Positions 57,298 through 64,000 of a stretch of DNA of 64,000 bases are shown piece after piece. The DNA comes from Oscillospiraceae bacterium (GTDB lineage: Bacteria; Bacillota; Clostridia; Oscillospirales; UBA929), in contig WRAI01000008.1 in the NCBI GenBank assembly GCA_009780275.1, forward strand, positions 337-64,336, in the 5' to 3' direction. How positions within the stretch are numbered: the stretch's first letter is position 1; each line of letters begins with the position of its first letter. The notes beneath the pieces are model-generated. The model did not search any database and was not told the DNA's origin. It saw nothing but the letters and a program-made list of their open reading frames with translations. The position numbers and the translations under genes were made by a program.

Positions 57298-58503
57298 TTA
57301 CCCCTCTTGACAGGTCTGCACCATCCCCCATGGTTTTCTGTCAAGCCATTGACCATTTGGCTCAAAATCATCGCAGCATCGTGTGCACCAAATCTCAGCG
57401 TTGCTGCCAAAGTTATGCGCAGCAGAGTTCCGATGATCCATCACGCAGCGCATACCATATCGGTCAAGACAAGGCGTTGACCTGTCCCAAGGTTTCCGCC
57501 CCATAAATGGCCCTTGCGTACAAGCCACGTCAAACAAGTGTGTCAACTCGTGCCGTACAAGGTTGATAAACGGCACATACGTCAACGAATTCTCCGAACT
57601 TCTGTTCATCACCGCTACTTGCCCACGTCTTTGAAGTGCCGCACCGCCCGGCTCTGTATGTCGTCCGTCAATGGTCATACACAAAATGCCGCCCTGCCAT
57701 ATCATTTGTATCGCATTCGGGTCATCGTTTCCAAAGTTTTGATTTATAAAAGCAAGGCTTCTATAATAGTCTAAATGACCCGGCCGCGTACATAAACTCA
57801 TTCTGGACGGTATCGCACCCGCGTATTCGTGATTACTCTCATGCGTAGGCAAGTTCACCGGAATAAACTCAATATTAAATTGCATATTCCACATATTCCG
57901 AAACGGAGCAGCCATGTTGTCGAAGGCCGCCCCGAGGTGTGCCACGTTCGCTTGTTCGTTCGGTCGAAATGTCCTGTCTACAAAAACCTGAACAGTAACA
58001 GGCGGGTTGCTTCGCTCTTTCTTCACACCGGTGAACACAACCGCTTCCGGTACAGGCGTCGGTGTCATCGTCGGCGCATATGGCTCTGGCGTCAATGTAG
58101 GCGTTGGCGTCGGCGGCTGCATCGGTGTTGGCATAGGCGACGGAGGAGACGGTATTGGTGACGGCGTAATCGGGGGCGGTGTCAATGTCGGAAGCACTGC
58201 AGTTGGAGGAGTCGGCGACGGTTTGAACAGGCCTTTGACAGATGAAGTCTGTGTTAAGATTGGTTTTGGAGCCGCCAACACCTGCATTGATGAATTTGAC
58301 ACAGTCGTCAAAGTAAGCGTTTTTAGCATTGGCCGCGCAAGCAACTCAATCGGCACTCCATTAACTGTACTAGCCATCCACAGATACGCACCGCTCAAAC
58401 ATGCAACTAAAAAAAATGCCAAAATCGCTGCTGTCATAATCCTTCTCTTCATCTCATTCACCAATCCCTTCTGCACACAACCAAACAATGATTTTTCGTT
58501 CAT
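57298..58503 (-). CDS. Membrane-anchored/secreted protein with a Pro/Thr-rich linker and an HExxH metallopeptidase-like, Cys-rich C-terminal domain
   Basis: TM helix IMTAAILAFFLVACLSGAYLWMA. About 60-aa P/T tract. HELTH motif (VRHELTHLFD). Multiple Cys near the C-terminus. The start is uncertain. Confidence 0.6.
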   Translation of the reverse strand: MNEKSLFGCVQKGLVNEMKRRIMTAAILAFFLVACLSGAYLWMASTVNGVPIELLARPMLKTLTLTTVSNSSMQVLAAPKPILTQTSSVKGLFKPSPTPPTAVLPTLTPPPITPSPIPSPPSPMPTPMQPPTPTPTLTPEPYAPTMTPTPVPEAVVFTGVKKERSNPPVTVQVFVDRTFRPNEQANVAHLGAAFDNMAAPFRNMWNMQFNIEFIPVNLPTHESNHEYAGAIPSRMSLCTRPGHLDYYRSLAFINQNFGNDDPNAIQMIWQGGILCMTIDGRHTEPGGAALQRRGQVAVMNRSSENSLTYVPFINLVRHELTHLFDVACTQGPFMGRKPWDRSTPCLDRYGMRCVMDHRNSAAHNFGSNAEIWCTRCCDDFEPNGQWLDRKPWGMVQTCQEG

Positions 58504-58605
58504 TTTTTGTTCACACTATCTTAGCATTCGTTGCTTTGTGCAGAAAAAGTGGGGGCTTGTCGTTTTTTAATACGTTTACAACAATATTAGCGTAAAAATT
58601 GGCAA

Positions 58606-58640
58606 AAAAACCTGCAACCATTGAGGTTGCAGGTTTTTTC
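58606..58640. terminator. Bidirectional terminator downstream of the hemolysin-III gene
   Basis: AAAAAAACCTGCAACC-ATTGA-GGTTGCAGGTTTTTT. Confidence 0.75.
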
Positions 58641-58651
58641 GTTAAAATAAT

Positions 58652-59314
58652 TTAACCAGCCATGACAAACACGGCAATCGCCACCGAGTGCAAAATAGAT
58701 GCCGCAATGACAAACAGATGAAATACTGAGTGCATATATTTCTTCTTCCGCCCTGCTGCGTAAAAAATCACGCCGACGGTATACAGCACGCCGCCGAGCA
58801 AAATCAAAGTAAAAAACGGCGTACCCAATACAGAAATCAGCCGCCCGATTCGAAACATAGCCGTCCAGCCCATCACCAAGTAACAAACCAGCGAAAATGC
58901 CATAAACCGCTTCATATTGACGGCATTCAGCACAATGCCCAGCACAGCCAGCCCCCAAATGACGCCAAAAATCAACCACGCGTCAAGAGGATAAACCTCG
59001 CGGAATCGATTAAGCGTCACCGGCGTATACGTGCCGGCAATTAAAACAAAGATCGTGCAATGGTCGAAAACACGGAACACCCGCTTAGGCAATCCAACCT
59101 TCAATCCATGATAGACACTCGACATAGTAAACAATAGCACGACTGAAAATCCGTAAATCATGCCTGACACAATGCCCCACACATTTTGGTTATACGCCGC
59201 GACCACAACACACGCCAACAACGCCACAACGCCTAATCCGCCGCCGACAACATGGGTAATCATGTTAAACTGCTCTTCACCGCGCGTATATTTTGGAGGC
59301 ACAGACATAGGCAC
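58652..59314 (-). CDS. Hemolysin III / PAQR-family membrane protein
   Basis: 7 TM helices. Motifs SSVYHG, DHCTIFVLIAGTYTP, HSVFHLFV. Confidence 0.85.
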   Translation of the reverse strand: MPMSVPPKYTRGEEQFNMITHVVGGGLGVVALLACVVVAAYNQNVWGIVSGMIYGFSVVLLFTMSSVYHGLKVGLPKRVFRVFDHCTIFVLIAGTYTPVTLNRFREVYPLDAWLIFGVIWGLAVLGIVLNAVNMKRFMAFSLVCYLVMGWTAMFRIGRLISVLGTPFFTLILLGGVLYTVGVIFYAAGRKKKYMHSVFHLFVIAASILHSVAIAVFVMAG

Positions 59315-59812
59315 TCTCCTTTTTTGAACTCATTATAGTACGCGGCACGGCATGTTGTCAAGGCGCTGCGCGCGTTGACATATATCGTAGTTTCTGCTAT
59401 AACGCGTTAAAAGCACGGAGGTTGACAGAGAAATAAAAAGACAAGGTAATACACTCTTAATTACCAGCAATGGTTTTGATTTGCAATGCAAGTTAGAAGC
59501 ACATTATAAAGACTTCTTTGCTTGGCTACGCAGAGACGAGAAGCGAGCCAAGGATAACCTTTGGGCTATTCATTTTTTGAGCACCTTGCCTAACGGCGAA
59601 GGCTGGATTGACGTTGAGGATAGCCTAAAAAACTCCGTATATGCAACGCCATCTTCTTCTGCGAGAGGCGCAATGCTGCTCACGAGTACAAAAGGAGCCA
59701 TCGTAGGCCCCTCAAGTATATAAAGGAATCTGAATATATCTTGTCTAACGTCCCCAACCCAGATCATATCGATTATTATTGGTTTCTCGATGAACTTAGG
59801 TTATTCTTTCAG

Positions 59813-60919
59813 CTAACCAATGGTCACAGTTGTTCGATCTGCATCAATATACATTTCAATTCCCAACGACATATAAAACCATTTTAGTGTTAATGAATCA
59901 ATCAACAAATCGTCACTTGTTTCATCAATCCACATATGACCTCCCGGCGTTGGTACTAGATAATTCCATTGGGTATCCATTTCAATTAGTGAAATGCCTG
60001 CTTTATCTAATAGAAATTCCCTGCCATTGTGCAATATAGTGACCATTCCATTCCTGTGGCGGATCACATCAAATCCTAATGCATCTGAAATAGCAAGAAT
60101 TGGAAGTAAAGCAGTTTCATTATAGAACATTATCTGATTTCTTCTTGTAAAATCAACATTATTGATGATAAGACGACCGGAACGACCACCAAATCTTTCT
60201 GTGAAATTGTGTTGTGTATGAAAAATATATTCAATTTCATAAAATTGGAAATCAACTAGTTCGCCTGCCCAAATGAGGTCAAGTTCTTCCGGTGTTGGTT
60301 CAATGTGATTAAGCTCAATTGTGATAAAATAGTGTTCTCTCTCCGCTTTTACCCATATGGCAGGCGGGAATCCGCCTGAGTGGAGCAAAGTTACAGTTTC
60401 AATGCGATTTGCAACGTTATTGCCTGTTAACAACTTTTGAATTGTCGCAGGATCTCCAATAAATTGTAACAGCGATTCGTCTACGACCAACGATGCCCCA
60501 AGCCTAACATGATTATAGTCAAAAATGTTGGTCGCTGTCGCATCCACTGCTTCAGTGCTAGCAACTTCTGGTAATGTGCCGCCATAAAACACTCTTTTAT
60601 TGGCATACGATGATACTAAAGTGTTCTTTGAAGGATCGTGCATAAAGCGATAAAACGTGTCAAATGGAATGGACTCATATGCAACGATAAAATACGGCGC
60701 TGTAGTTTTTGTGTCATGTTCGTTGTAGCTATTCAACATTTCATTGTTATCATCAGTGGCGTACTGATCAGAGTCAACTCCATTTGACTCTGGCACAACC
60801 TCAAACTGGATGTTGTAATTCCCTACGCTAGCAGAACACCCGCTCGCGAGAACAAGTGGCAGGAAACAAAGTGCAAAAATAATAAGACACTTTACATAAA
60901 GGCCTGCTTTATTTTTCAT
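59813..60919 (-). CDS. Lipoprotein with a C-terminal copper-amine-oxidase-N-terminal-like (stalk) domain
   Basis: Lipobox LASGC. The C-terminus LLPILAISDALGFDVIRHRNGMVTILHNGREFLL resembles the Cu_amine_oxidN1 fold family. AT-rich. Confidence 0.6.
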   Translation of the reverse strand: MKNKAGLYVKCLIIFALCFLPLVLASGCSASVGNYNIQFEVVPESNGVDSDQYATDDNNEMLNSYNEHDTKTTAPYFIVAYESIPFDTFYRFMHDPSKNTLVSSYANKRVFYGGTLPEVASTEAVDATATNIFDYNHVRLGASLVVDESLLQFIGDPATIQKLLTGNNVANRIETVTLLHSGGFPPAIWVKAEREHYFITIELNHIEPTPEELDLIWAGELVDFQFYEIEYIFHTQHNFTERFGGRSGRLIINNVDFTRRNQIMFYNETALLPILAISDALGFDVIRHRNGMVTILHNGREFLLDKAGISLIEMDTQWNYLVPTPGGHMWIDETSDDLLIDSLTLKWFYMSLGIEMYIDADRTTVTIG

Positions 60920-60956
60920 GTGTATAGTCCTCCCTTTGTTATATTCATTAGCTATT

Positions 60957-61512
60957 TTAAAAATTAACCCGGTATAAAAAATGTATGGTATATGAATTTG
61001 AACCCCATCTTTGTGTCAAGATAGATGAATCAGCACGATGATCCATAAAAAGACCCGTTGAGTGCGAGTGTAACATAAATAGACCATTCGGCATAATAAA
61101 TGTGGCCTCCGCTGTTGGTGCATAAACGCCAATGCTTATTACTGATAATAGCAAGAATAATGCCAAACCTTTCGACACTAACCTACGCATTTTTATCATA
61201 TGACCTTCCAAACGGCCTCTTTTCAACGAATTGTGCTATGACGACATCGCTCGACATGTAAAGAGCATCCTCAAATGATACATAAAAATATGTAAAATGC
61301 ACCTCGAATTCGCCTCTAGGCCCATCAATAAATTCTATTTCATGTGGCATGGTTGGGACAATATTAAAATCCATTATCTCCGTTGTCTGAGTGGCTTCGT
61401 GAGTTTGGACATCATCAGTGCAGGGATTTTCTTGTGAGACAGGTTCTGTATTGCCACAAGCACTTTACAATAAAATTGCACACAAAATTACTGCTATGAA
61501 TAATTTTTTCAT
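60957..61512 (-). pseudogene. Decayed paralog of the 62556-63566 lipoprotein gene (nonsense codon in the lipobox, frameshift, truncation)
   Basis: ATG 61512 gives MKKLFIAVILCAILL-TAA(61465-61467)-SACGN... The same frame continues to 61183 (VVIAQFVEKRPFGR vs paralog VVIVQYVGHRPFGR). A second frame at 61226-60957 carries HSHSTGLFMDHRA vs paralog SQHSTGLDFSARS. Confidence 0.6.
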
Positions 61513-61753
61513 ATTAACCATCCCTTCTAACAAGCATGGACATGACTATTAAGCAAGGAAGAAGCATTTTAGTTACCTGCGCTCAAGATACTCATCAAGC
61601 AAGCTCCCGCCGCCATACTTCCTCTCTATAACGCCGCGATTCATTAAATCAATCATCTCTGTTCTTTCTAGTATTATCTCTGCCACAACTGATGTATCCA
61701 TCAATTCTGTAGAATCGCCAAACCATTGCTCAAACTCCTCTGAACCAATTGGA

Positions 61754-62500
61754 TTAACCGGCGCTTGCATCAGCGTTTATAAAATAATGCCTTCCGAAAC
61801 TTCCATTTCTAAAAACCCTCACTTCACCATGTGGAAATCTTTCTCTGAAATACTCGTATCCACTGTGAAATCCATCATTCTCATTAAGGTCCATCCCTCC
61901 TGTCCATTCAAAATTTCCATCACCTAAATCTCTAATGTCATGAATCATTACCGGCACATCATCAAGATAGAGCATAATATGCCACTCGTTAGTATCTTCA
62001 AGTAAATCAAAAATTCGTGCGGCATTCAGTTCAAACACAACCACTAGATGCGCATTAGAGCCGGCGATTATCGGCCTCCCTCGGCTAAGGTCATCAAACA
62101 CTTGGCTTACTGTCCGCCCGCCGGTATGTGAAAATGCGTTTGATCCACCTGTAAATCGACGGATAGCAACTGCTGTGGCATCAACCCCCAACATTTCATT
62201 TGGAGGAGGATTTCTGCCTGTTGCCACCCTTGCAAATTCGGTCTGCGTGAGTGAGTTGTTGTTTGAGTGCCTGTTTCTCAATACTGATACCGAAACAGCA
62301 GCCCAACACCAGTTTGTTCGCTCCTGTCGGATATTGGGAACCCATACGTTCGTTGGCGGCAATACACTCCACCGCGCCCAATACGTTCTATTACTATCCG
62401 GCACGCTGTGGGTGGCCAAGACCTGCGTGCCGCCGGTCTGCGCTGTCCACCAACCTGCAAAGGTAAAACCTGCTCTTGTCGGCACAGGCAACGTCCCCAT
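61754..62500 (-). CDS. N-terminally truncated protein: one Listeria-Bacteroides (Flg_new) repeat + papain-fold (C39-like) cysteine peptidase-like domain
   Basis: GTLPVPTRAGFTFAGWWTAQTGGTQV...TYWARW repeat, then QERTNWCWAAVSVSVL. No signal peptide. The frame is open upstream to 62566 and encodes the start of the repeat (YGNKEGGSVSPTS) with no start codon. Confidence 0.55.
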   Translation of the reverse strand: MGTLPVPTRAGFTFAGWWTAQTGGTQVLATHSVPDSNRTYWARWSVLPPTNVWVPNIRQERTNWCWAAVSVSVLRNRHSNNNSLTQTEFARVATGRNPPPNEMLGVDATAVAIRRFTGGSNAFSHTGGRTVSQVFDDLSRGRPIIAGSNAHLVVVFELNAARIFDLLEDTNEWHIMLYLDDVPVMIHDIRDLGDGNFEWTGGMDLNENDGFHSGYEYFRERFPHGEVRVFRNGSFGRHYFINADASAG

Positions 62501-62555
62501 GGCTGTGCCCGCCTGCCTGCTCCACGATGTCGGGCTAACAGAGCCGCCCTCTTTA

Positions 62556-63566
62556 TTACCGTATGCCTAAGATTTCTTCTATTTCATGCTGCTCGTTTAT
62601 GCCAAACAAGCTATTGCGGGAGGAAAGGTCAAACCAATAACTCCCTTCGCGTATTGCCTCAATCGCAACAATATGCTGCTCTCCCGGAAAGACTGTATCT
62701 GCGAAAAATATGACAACAATTTCATCTCCGGGAAGAAAGCCACTTTTTAGAGATTGAATGATAGTGGCATGATAAATGTCAGTAGACATCCAATCTGATG
62801 GTGGCACTTCATCATTCAATCTAAGTGGCTCTTTAATCTCTACAAGCGCAACGTGAGGTGACCCACTGATAATATCCTCCATGGCCTCGGAGCGAATAAA
62901 CTCTCTTGCAGGCGCGTTATCCCTTGTCAAGTCCTCAACATACGATACGACTTCCTGCCGTGCAACACTTCTTGCACTAAAGTCCAAGCCTGTCGAGTGC
63001 TGGGATAACTCTTTGCCGTGCATCGTGCTGCGTGAGGGATCGTTGAGGTCAATAACCGTTCTGCGAATCAACGTAAATCCATTTTCACGTGTATTTGCAT
63101 AAACCGAACTTATTTTTCTGAGCGGCAGCAGATAATCTGTTCCGTGGCTAAACGTTAAATTGTCCGATCTATCACTAACCTCTATTTCATTCCCCCATAT
63201 ATCAATATCGGGGCGCTCCACATACACAAAAATTCTGTCTTCGGCATTGCCCAGTATTCTCTCCTGTACAATAAATTCAAACTCTGTTAATGTTCGCCCA
63301 AACGGCCGGTGGCCTACATACTGCACAATAACCACATCGGTAGGTGGAAATTCTGTCAATAGCTCTTCAAATGTGAAGTATTCATATACAAACGAATGTC
63401 CCGAAGAAGACTCAGTCGATGGAGACGTCTCCGGTGCAGGCGAAACCTCAACATCAGGTACAGGAGAGTGCTCAAGTGTACAAGATATCGGCGAAGACGA
63501 AGAAACATTGCAAGCACTTAATATCAGCGTCAGTGAAAATGCAAGCGCAATTATCGTTTTTTTCAT
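62556..63566 (-). CDS. Lipoprotein (family shared with the pseudogene at 60957-61512)
   Basis: Lipobox LILSAC, Ser/Pro-rich linker, 336 aa. Confidence 0.65.
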   Translation of the reverse strand: MKKTIIALAFSLTLILSACNVSSSSPISCTLEHSPVPDVEVSPAPETSPSTESSSGHSFVYEYFTFEELLTEFPPTDVVIVQYVGHRPFGRTLTEFEFIVQERILGNAEDRIFVYVERPDIDIWGNEIEVSDRSDNLTFSHGTDYLLPLRKISSVYANTRENGFTLIRRTVIDLNDPSRSTMHGKELSQHSTGLDFSARSVARQEVVSYVEDLTRDNAPAREFIRSEAMEDIISGSPHVALVEIKEPLRLNDEVPPSDWMSTDIYHATIIQSLKSGFLPGDEIVVIFFADTVFPGEQHIVAIEAIREGSYWFDLSSRNSLFGINEQHEIEEILGIR

Positions 63567-63658
63567 GATAATCCCTCTTTCTAAAAATCAATTTACTTTT
63601 TGCAAATTTCGCATATACTTATCTGAAAAAATCGTAAACTTGGCGCAAGTGCCGTCTT

Positions 63659-64000
63659 TCATTTGCATTTAACGTAAATGTTGTGTGAAGTCCGTGCACA
63701 CCGTCCCTCATAACCTCCGGCCCGGCATGTGTGTGACCCTCCCACCCTGGTAGGAAATCCGCGATTACCATTCCAGGTAATCGTTATATTGGGCGCAGCA
63801 GGCGCAACGACAGTCAGCTGCACTGTCTGCCAGCCAACACTCCAATTCCCCGTGCGGACGCTAATATCAACTGTCCCCGTTTGCTGTGCCGTAACACGCC
63901 CATTTTGGTCAACCGTTGCCACATTCGTGTTCCACGAGTGCCATACTAACCCACCGGGCAGTGTTGCGTTAGAGGGAATCGGCGAGGTTGATAGCGTGCG
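63659..64000 (-). CDS. 3' end of a surface protein with a Big_2 (bacterial Ig-like) domain and a degraded Flg_new repeat; N-terminus beyond window end
   Basis: The frame is open from 64000: ...LVWHSWNTNVATVDQNGRVTAQQTGTVDISVRT (Big_2 pattern), then ITWNGNRG. A +2 frame reads LPGWEGHTHAGPEV...TFTLNA, which suggests a deletion or frameshift. Confidence 0.55.
   Translation of the reverse strand, partial: RTLSTSPIPSNATLPGGLVWHSWNTNVATVDQNGRVTAQQTGTVDISVRTGNWSVGWQTVQLTVVAPAAPNITITWNGNRGFPTRVGGSHTCRAGGYEGRCARTSHNIYVKCK

Noticed and set aside
59481-59767. Overlapping 80-aa (plus, TTG start) and 65-aa (minus) ORFs between the hemolysin-III gene and the lipoprotein gene.
   Set aside because: Neither has a convincing start or RBS, and they exclude each other. 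This may be a gene remnant. A plus-strand TTGACA-17-TATAAC promoter at about 59376-59404 is noted, but support is insufficient to call a CDS.
61573-61770. 65-aa minus-strand ORF overlapping the 3' end of the peptidase-like gene.
   Set aside because: It has no recognisable motif, its start overlaps the upstream gene by 17 nt without a clear RBS, and it lies in a decaying region. It could be real, but this cannot be supported from sequence alone.
1-64000. Scan for CRISPR arrays, rRNA, tmRNA/RNase P-like long structured RNAs, and IS elements with terminal inverted repeats.
   Set aside because: I saw no regularly spaced 25-40 bp direct repeats with unique spacers. The only periodic repeats are the coding beta-helix repeats, the 7-mer at 43699-43729 and the short element iterons. 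No transposase-like ORF is present. This was a scan by eye, so small ncRNAs cannot be excluded.

Overview
This 64-kb window looks like a chromosomal segment from a spore-forming Firmicute, class Clostridia. The evidence is Spo0A, the rpsL-rpsG-fusA-tuf str operon, hisS-aspS, nrdDG, purEK and rpsU. No rRNA genes or CRISPR arrays are visible. The backbone is moderately GC-rich and most genes lie on the minus strand. Several patches that look AT-richer by eye interrupt it. The clearest is an ~8.4-kb integrative element in the 3' end of an intact tRNA-Pro(CGG). It is bounded by a perfect 17-bp direct repeat (4066-4082 and 12506-12522). It carries a tyrosine integrase, an FtsK/TcpA-like translocase split from its membrane anchor, an XRE regulator, an SLH-type surface protein, and a Rep with the full CRESS-DNA-virus-like HUH plus SF3-helicase motif set. 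The most unusual observations outside the element are: (1) a 25-codon leader ORF with three Trp codons plus a terminator upstream of a TrpB2-like gene; (2) a 78-bp perfect palindromic element and a heptamer tandem repeat, both in frame, inside a NifS-like gene; (3) two tandem paralogous surface proteins ending in a non-canonical NPKTFD + TM + basic-tail sorting-like signal; (4) an APH-family kinase between hisS and aspS; (5) a B12-radical-SAM plus kinase pair; (6) a decaying lipoprotein and surface-protein locus at the right end. The left end holds the first 1225 codons of a very large beta-helix repeat surface protein that the supplied ORF track misses because it runs off the window. All functional calls come from reading motifs in the translations. 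No database search was possible.
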